Positions 44,721-53,823 of a stretch of 64,000 nt of DNA are shown here, one piece after another. A program made the position numbers and the translations under genes. Source of the stretch: Pseudobdellovibrionaceae bacterium (GTDB lineage: Bacteria; Bdellovibrionota; Bdellovibrionia; Bdellovibrionales; Bdellovibrionaceae); contig JBDHWW010000006.1 in assembly GCA_039810425.1 (NCBI GenBank), positions 25,800-89,799 of the forward strand, read 5' to 3'. Under the pieces are notes generated by a model. It was not told the DNA's origin. It saw only the letters and a program-made list of their open reading frames with translations, and did not search any database. Numbering within the stretch: the first letter of the stretch is position 1; the number at the start of each line of letters is the position of its first letter.

Positions 44721-47681
44721 ATGTTGAAGAAGGTTTTCGCGCCATTCATGATGGGCGTTGTTTTTAGCGTCACTGCTATAATCTCTGTAGCAAACGCTCA
44801 AATGGATGATAACAATCGCAGCTTGTTGATCGACAAGCTTGAGAATGTGTACCAACACTTAGCTCCTAAGGACTCTTCAAAGGTCGCCGTGACTCTACGT
44901 CTCGCGGATTTGTACTCGGAAAGGGCCCGAGCAGTTTCGATGAAAGAACTCGACCAGGGCTGCACGGTTTGTAAAGCCGGAGAAGCGGACCGTAGGAAGG
45001 CTTTACGCCTTTATACGGAAGTTTTGGATCGCGCTCCTGAAGCGGTTCAGGGCAAAGTGATGGTTCAAGTCGGTCACTTGTACCAACTGACGGGTGATGA
45101 AAACAAAGCCATCAGTTTTTACAGCAAAATCCTTCAAAGCAGTGGTGCTTCGGAGTTGAAAGCTGAAGCTCAGCTTTCATTGGCAGAGATCTATTTTAAG
45201 CGCCGTGATTTCGCGAAGGCGCAAAATTTCTATCAAGAGGTTCTTAAGAATGCGACAGCCGGGTCTCGCGGCCTTGCGGCTTACCGCAGCGCTTGGTGTT
45301 CGTACAACCTGGGTGATATCAACACCTCTGTGGCACAAATGGAGAAAATTCTTAAAACTCCGGCTTTGTTGACTCGGACAGGCACTGCGCAATCTCAAGT
45401 AGACCCGCAATTCCAGGAAGAGGTCAGTCGTGACTACGCAACGTTCTTGGCAAAAAAGAATTTGGACACAAAAGACATCGAAAATCTACATAATTTGAGT
45501 CCAGAAAATATCCGCGTTCAAAACGTTCAGAGCTTGGCTTTGGAGCTGGAGCGTATCGGTAAGAAAGCGGATTCCTTGAAAGTATGGAATTTCGTTTTCG
45601 GCTATATGAGCAAGCCTGAGGACCGCTTAGCGGCCAAGATCTCAATGGCGCAGCTCAACTTCGATTTACAAAACAAAAAAGAGGGCGCGGCTAACTTCGA
45701 ATCTGCCATGAATTTGTGGAAGGAGCTGAAAGCTTGTCAAAGCAATCAGTGTGAAGAGCTCCGCCGCCGCTCGCGTCAGTTTGTTGTTTCATGGCACCAA
45801 ACAGAGAAGAAAACGCCGACGGCCGATTTGCTTGCGGCTTACCAAGTTTACCTGACAAACTTCCCGGACGATGCCGACATGAATATGTATGCTGCGAACG
45901 TGGCGAAAGAGACTAAGAATTGGGATGCGGCCTGGACATACTACAACAGAACCCGCGAAATCCAATTGAAGGATCCAAAACAAAGTGACAAGTTGGAAAC
46001 GACGCTGGTGGCCTTGTTGGATCTTTCGGAGGACTCCAAAAACGACAAATACGAAACTCAAGCTTATGACCTATATTTAGAGCAAAGCCCCAAGAAGACG
46101 AAAGCTTTCGAAGTCCAGTACCAGAAAGCGCATCGTTTGTATGAGCAGGGTAAATACGCCGAAGCGTCGCGTGCCCTCCGAGCGCTTGCTTTAGATAAAA
46201 AAGGCGATGCAAAGATTCGCAAGCAGGCAGCGGACTTGTCTTTGGATTCTTTGGTGTTGATGAAAGACGAATCGAATATCAGCGCTTGGGCGGCTGAGTA
46301 TGCTAAAGTGATCGCTGAAGGTGCCGGGGAGTACTCTCAGATGGTGCAAAAGGCGGTTTTAACGAAGTCGGCAAATGTGGCTTCGAAAGACACGGCGGCG
46401 GCTTATGCGGAACTTTTGCAGTTCAACCCGGCGCAAGCGACCACTGAGGACAAAATCAAATTTTATAAGAACAAGCTGATCTTGGCTGAAAAATTGAATA
46501 AGTTTTCTGAAGCGCAAATGGCTGCGGACAGCTTGTTGCAACAGCCGGGTTTGAGCGAAGAAGACAAAGAGTTTGCTTGGTCTCGTAAAGCTTATATGGC
46601 GGAGATGACTTTGGATTTCTCTCAAGCGTTGGTCGCAACGGAGAAAATGCAAAAAAGTCTGAAACCTGACGAGAAGATGCTAAAACTCGCGATGTTTGCA
46701 GAACTTGCCGGCCAAAAGAGCGCAAGTTACTATAGCCAGTATTTGCAGGCGTCTAAAGATGACGAGAATAAAAAACTTGTTGCGGCGGAACTTGTTCGCA
46801 AGTCGAAGGTGCCGGAAAAAGAAATTGAACTTTATAAGCCCATTCTCGGCAAATCCCCCCAGTTGATGGCTCAGCTTTACACGGAAGCTTTTGCGAAGAA
46901 TTCTAGCGATGCGATCTTGAAAAAAGTGACAAAGGACTCCGCGATGAAGACGACGGATTCCGGCAAACTTTTAGCTCGCGTGGCGTTCTTGAAAGATTTC
47001 GAGGCTTTCAAAAAAGGCTTGGTCAGCCACAAACTTGATACGAAAAATGACCGCAAGCTTGCGGCTTCCATTAAGCAGCGGGCCGGTCTTTTGGAAAAAC
47101 TCGAAGGTTTTGCAAAAGAAGCTATTGAGACTGCTGATTGGACCTCCCAGCTCGTGAGTGTGGATTTGCTCGCAAAAGAGACTGAGCGTTTCTATACGGA
47201 ATTGATTTCCGCTCCTATGCCGAACGGTTTGTCTGATGAAGAGCAGCAGCAGTACATGCAGCTTTTGTCAGCGCAAGCGACTCCTTACCAAGCAAAGGCG
47301 ACGGAAGCCAAAGCAAAAGTTGAGCAATTCTGGAAAAACCCAAGCTGGCAAACGGCATTGCAAAAATCTTGGGAGAACACGGATTTGAGAAGTGTGATCG
47401 TGACGGAAGTGAACGCGCTTCGGGGGATTGCTCCACAGGAGTATCAGACTTTCTTGACGGATCTAACGCTGGTTAAAAAGGACGTGGCCGCGGCGGCAAA
47501 TCGCCCAAGCTTGAAAGAGATTCAAGCGGCCCGGAGCCAAGTTCATCAAAATCCATTTGATAAACAGGCATTGCAAGAATTGCTAGACTTGGAAAAGAAG
47601 TCTGACAACACCGCAATGACTCAGTATTTGCAAACTCGCATTGAAAATTTAGGGAAATCTTCTGAGAAGGGGGTTCTATGA
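44721..47681 (+). CDS. Large periplasmic TPR protein (GltD/AgmU-like)
   Basis: Signal peptide; LRLADLYSE, AYRSAWCSYNLG, C-terminal P.GLS.EE...Y...L; 986 aa helical. Confidence 0.7.
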   Translation: MLKKVFAPFMMGVVFSVTAIISVANAQMDDNNRSLLIDKLENVYQHLAPKDSSKVAVTLRLADLYSERARAVSMKELDQGCTVCKAGEADRRKALRLYTEVLDRAPEAVQGKVMVQVGHLYQLTGDENKAISFYSKILQSSGASELKAEAQLSLAEIYFKRRDFAKAQNFYQEVLKNATAGSRGLAAYRSAWCSYNLGDINTSVAQMEKILKTPALLTRTGTAQSQVDPQFQEEVSRDYATFLAKKNLDTKDIENLHNLSPENIRVQNVQSLALELERIGKKADSLKVWNFVFGYMSKPEDRLAAKISMAQLNFDLQNKKEGAANFESAMNLWKELKACQSNQCEELRRRSRQFVVSWHQTEKKTPTADLLAAYQVYLTNFPDDADMNMYAANVAKETKNWDAAWTYYNRTREIQLKDPKQSDKLETTLVALLDLSEDSKNDKYETQAYDLYLEQSPKKTKAFEVQYQKAHRLYEQGKYAEASRALRALALDKKGDAKIRKQAADLSLDSLVLMKDESNISAWAAEYAKVIAEGAGEYSQMVQKAVLTKSANVASKDTAAAYAELLQFNPAQATTEDKIKFYKNKLILAEKLNKFSEAQMAADSLLQQPGLSEEDKEFAWSRKAYMAEMTLDFSQALVATEKMQKSLKPDEKMLKLAMFAELAGQKSASYYSQYLQASKDDENKKLVAAELVRKSKVPEKEIELYKPILGKSPQLMAQLYTEAFAKNSSDAILKKVTKDSAMKTTDSGKLLARVAFLKDFEAFKKGLVSHKLDTKNDRKLAASIKQRAGLLEKLEGFAKEAIETADWTSQLVSVDLLAKETERFYTELISAPMPNGLSDEEQQQYMQLLSAQATPYQAKATEAKAKVEQFWKNPSWQTALQKSWENTDLRSVIVTEVNALRGIAPQEYQTFLTDLTLVKKDVAAAANRPSLKEIQAARSQVHQNPFDKQALQELLDLEKKSDNTAMTQYLQTRIENLGKSSEKGVL

Positions 47682-47965
47682 TGAAGTCACTGGTTTTTAT
47701 TCTGTCTTTAGTCTGCTCTTTAAATGGCACGATGGCTTTTGCCGCGAAAGATGTTCAGAACAAGAATCCAGACCCGGCGCTGCCCGCAGCGCAAAAGAGC
47801 TCTGAGGCGACATCACACAGCTTCGAAGATCTGTTGGTCCAAGGTAAGTATCACTTCTCGGATGAAGCGATAACAACAGTTGAAGAAGATAAAGTTTTGG
47901 ATTCTTTGATTGGCGTGCGTTCGGATTTTAAAGATCGTTTGAAAAGTTCAACAGGAAGTTACTAG
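47678..47965 (+). CDS. Small secreted GltF/CglF-like protein
   Basis: Signal ending AFA; FED..VQG and SLI.VR.DF.DRL pattern; directly before a GltG-like gene. Confidence 0.65.
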   Translation: MMKSLVFILSLVCSLNGTMAFAAKDVQNKNPDPALPAAQKSSEATSHSFEDLLVQGKYHFSDEAITTVEEDKVLDSLIGVRSDFKDRLKSSTGSY

Positions 47966-47973
47966 AGGAATCC

Positions 47974-49107
47974 ATGGAAAAACGACTGGTATTGGAAGAC
48001 CACAACGGAACGGTTCTTAGGGCCTTCAACTGGAACGGGGAAGCCGGCGAAGTGATTCGTCGTGGTGACACCCGTCGCCTTGAAGTAGTTCCAACCACAG
48101 CGCACTTGGCGAAGAAGAAGATTCCCTATGAATCTTTGGGCAACGTCAATATGCAGGACCTGCAAAGCAAGCCTTTTTTGGTTGGCAAGCTCGGACATCT
48201 GAAGCTTGTTGAGGAGGTTGGCGAGACTTTGAAAGACCAAGAGCGTGAGCAAGAGAGCGAACGCCGCTGGTATATGATCCTTGCCGGCATTTTACTATTG
48301 ACGGTTCTTTTTATGTCTTATGTTCGCACATTGCCGACAATGACGGCGAAAATGGAGCAGAACCTCAAGCAAGAGGTTGTAAAGATCATCAAAATGAACC
48401 CACCAAAACCAAAGGTGGAAATGCAAAAAGTCCAAGACGCGCGCCCGACGGAAGCAGTCCCGACAAAAACGGCTAAGACGACAAATACACTGAAGCGGAT
48501 GGGCGCTCTTGCGGTTTTGGGAAGCCTTTCAAAAGGCAAGCAAAAAGGCGGCGTTGATTTGGGGGCTGTGAATACGAGTGCAGGCCCAGGTCTTGGCGGT
48601 ACACAAGGCAGTGGCGGCGTCCAGACGTCTCTTTACGGGAAAGGTGTTGTGGCGGCGCCAGTAGGTGTTGGCGGCAATATCCAAGGCGCTGGTGGTTACG
48701 GCACGAAAGGTAAAGGCGGGGGCCAGGCGGGTTACGGAAAACTGAGCCTCATTGGTTCTGCGGGCACGAACTCCATGGCTTTGGCTCAGGAGGCCACTGT
48801 GGCAACAGGGCTTGATCGTGATGCGATCGCGGCCGTGATCAACAGAAATTCGGGGCAAGTGCGGTTTTGCTATGAGAACGGTCTGCAAGCTGATCCAAAT
48901 TTGAATGGCCGGGTTGTCGTCGCATTTACCATCGGTGGTAACGGTGCGGTGAAGGTTGCAAACGTGGACAGCACGACCATGAACTCAAAGGCAATCGAAG
49001 ATTGCATCGTGATGAGACTTAAGACTTGGCAGTTCCCGCTTCCTCAAGGTGGCGTGGATGTAAAGGTAACGTATCCGTTTGTTCTAAGAAGGGCAGGTCA
49101 GGGTTAA
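47974..49107 (+). CDS. GltG/PglI-like TonB-type energy transducer (AgmX/PglI C-terminal domain)
   Basis: Cytoplasmic N-domain, single TM, Gly-rich linker, GLDR..I..VI..VRFCYE..GRV..WQFP.P.GG..V.YPF. Confidence 0.85.
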   Translation: MEKRLVLEDHNGTVLRAFNWNGEAGEVIRRGDTRRLEVVPTTAHLAKKKIPYESLGNVNMQDLQSKPFLVGKLGHLKLVEEVGETLKDQEREQESERRWYMILAGILLLTVLFMSYVRTLPTMTAKMEQNLKQEVVKIIKMNPPKPKVEMQKVQDARPTEAVPTKTAKTTNTLKRMGALAVLGSLSKGKQKGGVDLGAVNTSAGPGLGGTQGSGGVQTSLYGKGVVAAPVGVGGNIQGAGGYGTKGKGGGQAGYGKLSLIGSAGTNSMALAQEATVATGLDRDAIAAVINRNSGQVRFCYENGLQADPNLNGRVVVAFTIGGNGAVKVANVDSTTMNSKAIEDCIVMRLKTWQFPLPQGGVDVKVTYPFVLRRAGQG

Positions 49108-49108
49108 T

Positions 49109-50293
49109 ATGAAAAACACACAATACATTTTCAGCACACTTTTAGTTGTTGCCACCCTTTCGGGCTGTGGCTCTTGGAAACAAGATCCTTTGGCGGGTAA
49201 GGATGAGGCTTTCAGAAATGCCCAGCAAGAGCCAACATTGCCAGAATCCCCAAAACCAATAGACAGCGCGGCGGTCCGTTTGGAAACGGTTGATTTTTAT
49301 AAATTCCGTGAAGGAGTAACTGGCGATTTCCAAATGTTGGCCCGTATTTTGGAGGCAGGCTATACTGCAACCATCCACATCGACAATATGGCGGACTTCC
49401 CTAATGCGCAATTCGTTGCGAGCACGGGCAAGTTCACTTGGACTCCGGATTTGGGCACTGTCAGTGGTGATAAGGGTTTGGAAGAACCTCGCCCTTTGAT
49501 GGTGACTGTTATCGGTACCAAACCAAACGGCAAAGTGCTCTCGTCGCATTTCACGATCAACCTGAGTGTTGGAAAAGTCTTGAATGTGCCGGAGGTTTTC
49601 TCGGTCTCTAAGACTTCGGCCAGCATGCGCGAAGGTGATATGATGAATATCACGGTAAAAGTTCGCGACAAGGATGCGGGCGCGAATTCCTTTCCAAACC
49701 TCATGATCCTTCCGATTGTGGGTTATGGCAATATTTCCCAGTACGTGACAATCACGCAGATTTTGGCGACCGGTAATAACGAGTTTAATATCAACTTACA
49801 GATCGATTTGAGCGGCGCTGAGTTGACAAAATCGCGCGATCGGTTCGGCTTCACTTTGAAAGCAATTTCCCGCTTCGTGCAAGCAAGTGCACCGACAGAT
49901 GTGACAGTGAACGTAGTAACTTCACTCGCGGATTTGCAAAGCACTTGGTTTGCTCCTGTGGAGGTTCCGATGGGCATGAAGAAAGAGTTCCAATTCATGA
50001 TCTTTGATCCGAAAGATGAGTTGTTTGTAGCGGCACCGACTTTTTCCGGCGTGCCAAACGGTGCAAACATCACCTGCAGCGGCCTGAACGTGACCCGTCA
50101 GTTCTGTACGTTCTCTTGGACTCCGGACTTTACCGTCTCTCCGGGTACCTACTCAATCACCTCACAAGTGGTGGGTAAAAACCAGGACAGCCAAGATACA
50201 ACTGGCTATAAGACCTATAACTTTAAAATGGACCTGAACGTGACGTCAGCGCCGCCTGTAAATCCGATGGCCCTTAAAAAAGGAGGTCACTAA
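49109..50293 (+). CDS. Lipoprotein with tandem Ig/cadherin-like beta domains
   Basis: Lipobox LSGC; repeated F(T/S)WTPD; VRDKD and IFDPKD motifs. Confidence 0.7.
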   Translation: MKNTQYIFSTLLVVATLSGCGSWKQDPLAGKDEAFRNAQQEPTLPESPKPIDSAAVRLETVDFYKFREGVTGDFQMLARILEAGYTATIHIDNMADFPNAQFVASTGKFTWTPDLGTVSGDKGLEEPRPLMVTVIGTKPNGKVLSSHFTINLSVGKVLNVPEVFSVSKTSASMREGDMMNITVKVRDKDAGANSFPNLMILPIVGYGNISQYVTITQILATGNNEFNINLQIDLSGAELTKSRDRFGFTLKAISRFVQASAPTDVTVNVVTSLADLQSTWFAPVEVPMGMKKEFQFMIFDPKDELFVAAPTFSGVPNGANITCSGLNVTRQFCTFSWTPDFTVSPGTYSITSQVVGKNQDSQDTTGYKTYNFKMDLNVTSAPPVNPMALKKGGH

Positions 50294-51039
50294 TGAAAAG
50301 CATTATCGTAGCATTGACTATGGTGTTCGCGGTTTCTGCAATGGCAGCAAACCAAGAAGCTCCAAAGGCCGACAATAAAACCGACAGCACAGATGCTGAA
50401 TTTGATTCTTTGGGAGGCAACAAGATTTTCTTGGAAAAGGCAAAAGCACTTGAGCCTGAACAAAATGTCAGCATCGTTCAAAACAGGACTGTAAATTTAA
50501 ACAAGCGTTTTGAGATTGCGCCGGAGTTCTCTGGAACTTTTGGTGGTGACACTTACTCGCGCACAAAAAGTCTCGGTTTAAATGCCATGTTCCACTTCAA
50601 CACTCGTTGGGCGATTGGGGCAAAGTACAACTATAGTTTCAACAACCTGACTCCGGAAGGTGAAGCTATGGTTGATAGGGCCTATGCTGAGTTTCAAAAG
50701 AATCCGGCAAACCCAACACTGCCTTTCCCGGAGTTGGACTATCAGAAGTCTGAAATGATGGCTTTGGTGAACTACTCACCAATTTACGGTAAGCTGAACC
50801 TTTTTGATAAAGGGATTGCGCACTTTGACTTCTATCTTGTCGGTGGTTACGGCCAAGTTCAACTGTACTCTGGCCCGGCGCCCAGTATGACGGGGGGGGC
50901 GGGTCTTGGGTTCTGGGTCAACCAACACTTTTCAACGCGGGTTGAAATGCGCTACCAAAACTACACGGCAAAATACTTCGATACTGAAAAGAAAATGGAT
51001 TTGGCCGTGGCTTCAGTGCAAATGGGATGGTTGCTATGA
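50293..51039 (+). CDS. Outer-membrane beta-barrel protein (GltA/B/H-like)
   Basis: VSIVQNR, RFEI and SPIYGKLNLF...HFDFY; ends in an aromatic beta strand. Confidence 0.8.
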   Translation: MKSIIVALTMVFAVSAMAANQEAPKADNKTDSTDAEFDSLGGNKIFLEKAKALEPEQNVSIVQNRTVNLNKRFEIAPEFSGTFGGDTYSRTKSLGLNAMFHFNTRWAIGAKYNYSFNNLTPEGEAMVDRAYAEFQKNPANPTLPFPELDYQKSEMMALVNYSPIYGKLNLFDKGIAHFDFYLVGGYGQVQLYSGPAPSMTGGAGLGFWVNQHFSTRVEMRYQNYTAKYFDTEKKMDLAVASVQMGWLL

Positions 51040-52640
51040 AATTAAAACACTTGGCAGTTCTTGGGATCTCGGTATCCCTGGTCCATGTCGCCCACGGGGG
51101 TGACTTGGAAAGCATCTTAGACGAAGGTTCGCGGTCTACAAAAGCGGTTAAGGCCGCTCCAGCCGCGGCAAAGACGACTCCTTTGGCCCAATCTATGAAG
51201 AAGGTCCTTGGTACGGTCAATTCTGAGCAAAATATTTTCCTCAGATACCTGGAAAACGGCGAATGGGATAAGGCCGTTTTGCAATTTCCGAACGCATTTG
51301 AAGGGACCGCTTTTCAAAAATCATCAAATGGTCGCGCGTTGATGGGTTATGTGCAGTTTCAAGCGGGGCTTCCGGTGACGGGTGTCCAGACGCTTTTCAT
51401 GGCTTCAAATCCAAAGGAGATCAACACCACTCTTCGCGAAGAATGGCAGAAGATGGCTCCGATAGATCACTTTGCGTGGGATTTGGCGCAAGTTCAGTGG
51501 CAACCAGCGTGGGAAATCGTTTTTGGCGAGCCCATGGAGCTTCGTGTGAAGACGGTTGAGGCGATGGCAACAACTAGAAATGTTGAGCAATTGAAAAAGC
51601 TTTCTGCCCAAGCCACTGCAAACACCAAAGAAAAAGCTCAGATCGATTGGCAACTTGTGATTGCTTACTCTCTGAATGACCAGGCGGACCAAGCCGCGAA
51701 ACTTTTGGCAAATCTGATGAAGTCTTCTTACGCTCCGGTGAGCAAGGACCTTATGCAGATTACAGCGGCGCGGTTGCTTTTCCAGAACGGTTACTTTGAT
51801 GCGTCTGTGAAGTACTATGAGAAGGTGGCTAAGGATTCCGACTATTGGACTGAAGCGCAAGAAGAGATGGGTTGGGCTTATATCCGTAAGGGAGAGCCTA
51901 ACAACGCTATGGCCGTCAGCCAGTCTTTAGTCACGAACAGCTTGAACTATCAAGTGAGTCCCGAAGCCTACTTCGTGCGTTCGTTGTCTCAATTGAAGGT
52001 TTGTGATTACTCAGGCGTGACGGAAACACTTCAAGTCTTCCCAAAGCGTTTCAAAGAAAGAACCAAGACCTTGGAAGCTATGGTGGGAACTCCGGCAACT
52101 CCTGAGGTTGATAAAGCGATTGCGCTCTTAAAAATGAAAAAGATCGAAGTTCAAGATCTCGGTAAAACGGCCCAGGTTCTTCCCCGCCGTTTGGCTCATG
52201 ACGAAAGGCTTTATCAATTCGCCCAAGCGCAGAAACACTTTGAAGACGAAGCGCAAGTGGCGGAGAAACTCTATGCGAAGTCTTTGGCTTTAACGGGGCT
52301 TCAAGGCAGCTTCGAGAAATTGAAGCAAAACACCATGCAGCGGGCGCAAATGGCGAAGACGTCTGCCTATTCTCGGGTCAAAGAGTTGGCAAAGGAAGAG
52401 GTCACAGAAACCAAAGAAATTCTTCGTAAGCTTCATATCGTCGAAGCGGAAGTGATTCAGCAAGTTTCTTTGGCTGAAAAAATTGCTAAGAACGCAAAAG
52501 GCAACGAAGAGAGAAAAGGCGTCACTGGTTATAAAGGCACAGCCGATGCGATGAAATTTCCGGCCGAAAATGAAGTTTGGTTTGATGAACTCAGTAACTA
52601 TCGCGTAGACGTTAAAAAAGCTTGTACTGTTAAGAGATAG
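51036..52640 (+). CDS. Periplasmic TPR protein (GltC-like)
   Basis: EEMGWAY, PEAY..RSLSQLKVCDY and C-terminal FP...EVWFDELSNY......C. Confidence 0.7.
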   Translation: MKLKHLAVLGISVSLVHVAHGGDLESILDEGSRSTKAVKAAPAAAKTTPLAQSMKKVLGTVNSEQNIFLRYLENGEWDKAVLQFPNAFEGTAFQKSSNGRALMGYVQFQAGLPVTGVQTLFMASNPKEINTTLREEWQKMAPIDHFAWDLAQVQWQPAWEIVFGEPMELRVKTVEAMATTRNVEQLKKLSAQATANTKEKAQIDWQLVIAYSLNDQADQAAKLLANLMKSSYAPVSKDLMQITAARLLFQNGYFDASVKYYEKVAKDSDYWTEAQEEMGWAYIRKGEPNNAMAVSQSLVTNSLNYQVSPEAYFVRSLSQLKVCDYSGVTETLQVFPKRFKERTKTLEAMVGTPATPEVDKAIALLKMKKIEVQDLGKTAQVLPRRLAHDERLYQFAQAQKHFEDEAQVAEKLYAKSLALTGLQGSFEKLKQNTMQRAQMAKTSAYSRVKELAKEEVTETKEILRKLHIVEAEVIQQVSLAEKIAKNAKGNEERKGVTGYKGTADAMKFPAENEVWFDELSNYRVDVKKACTVKR

Positions 52641-52670
52641 TCTGCGGGCGTGCAGTCAAAGGGGGGAAGT

Positions 52671-53687
52671 ATGAAGTTAAGGTATCTTTTAGGAGCAACG
52701 ATGTTAGTGGCCGTGGCGACATCTTGCTCTCCGGATACGCCAGAAGCTTATCTGGCGCCGGTGGCATCAGAAGAAAAAGTGATTCAAGATAATACTCAAG
52801 TTTTTGATCCGAAAGTGGATATTCTTTTTGTAGTCGACAACTCGGGGAGCATGGGGGCCCATCAAGGCAACCTGTCTCGGAACGTGGCGAAGTTTACTTC
52901 GATTTTCACGAAATCTTCGGTTCTTGATTACAATATCGGTATTGTGACCACGGATATGTCGGGAGGCGGCTGGGGTTCTAGTCGTGCTTGCTGCGGGCAG
53001 CTCGTTGGAAGTACCCGCGTTGTAAATAAAAATACGCTCAATGCAGATGTCATTCTTGCGAGAAACTTTCTTGTGGGAACCAGTGGTTCTGCGACTGAAG
53101 CAGTTTTTGATCCGGTTGCGGCCGCTTTAAATCCGACGAATTTAGCGGGTTGGAATAGTGGTTTCTACCGTCAAGATGCTTCTTTGGTTGTGATTTTTAT
53201 GACAGATGCGGAGGATCAAAGTGACTACGAAAACCCTCAGAGTCTTTACAACTTCTTGCTGAATCTGAAAAAAGGGAAGGCAAGCAGTATCTTAGCTTTT
53301 GGAGTTATTGTTCCGACCAAAGATACAATGAGTTGCGCCCGTGACGATGGGAGAACTCCAGCCAAAATCGAACGTTTCCTGGGGATGGTACAAAACAGTA
53401 AGAACAACATCATGAATATTTGTGACCCGGACTACGGAACTCGTTTGGCGAATATGGCCAAAGACATCGTAGATAAGGTCGGGAATATCATTTATCTCGA
53501 CCGTGCGCCGGCGCTTGATAGCATTCATGTATTCTACGGAAGCGCCGAGTTGCCTGAGGACTTTGAGACAGGTTGGTCTTTTGATCCTAAGAAAAATGCC
53601 ATTGTCTTGGGTTCAAAAATCAATTGGAGTTCTCAGCCGAGTGGCAGCCGCGTGAAGGTTTCCTACACCGCTGCTAAATTTGATTAA
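52671..53687 (+). CDS. vWA-domain lipoprotein (CglB-like adhesin)
   Basis: Lipobox ATSC; KVDILFVVDNSGSM (MIDAS), IVTTD, GTSGSATE, F.R.DASL.VIFMTDAED and ICDPDY. Confidence 0.85.
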   Translation: MKLRYLLGATMLVAVATSCSPDTPEAYLAPVASEEKVIQDNTQVFDPKVDILFVVDNSGSMGAHQGNLSRNVAKFTSIFTKSSVLDYNIGIVTTDMSGGGWGSSRACCGQLVGSTRVVNKNTLNADVILARNFLVGTSGSATEAVFDPVAAALNPTNLAGWNSGFYRQDASLVVIFMTDAEDQSDYENPQSLYNFLLNLKKGKASSILAFGVIVPTKDTMSCARDDGRTPAKIERFLGMVQNSKNNIMNICDPDYGTRLANMAKDIVDKVGNIIYLDRAPALDSIHVFYGSAELPEDFETGWSFDPKKNAIVLGSKINWSSQPSGSRVKVSYTAAKFD

Positions 53688-53788
53688 GGTTCTCAGCTAA
53701 TACAATACATACGCCGGATCAGGGCCGAGCTTTTGCAGTCTCATTTTGAGATAGAGCACGAAATTCGGTTCCTGTTCACAAAATATGA

Positions 53789-53816
53789 TGAAGCTAAACT
53801 CAAGATTCACCGATAA
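53789..53816 (+). promoter_or_regulatory. Putative sigma-28 promoter of the HD-GYP gene
   Basis: TGAAG-N15-ACCGATAA, 7 nt before ATG 53824. Confidence 0.5.
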
Positions 53817-53823
53817 GTCGTTT

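Noticed and set aside
42999..49107. Ordinary TonB-ExbBD uptake or Tol-Pal locus
   Set aside because: No TonB-dependent receptor, TolB or Pal; two ExbDs plus Glt-like partners fit an Agl-Glt-type system better.
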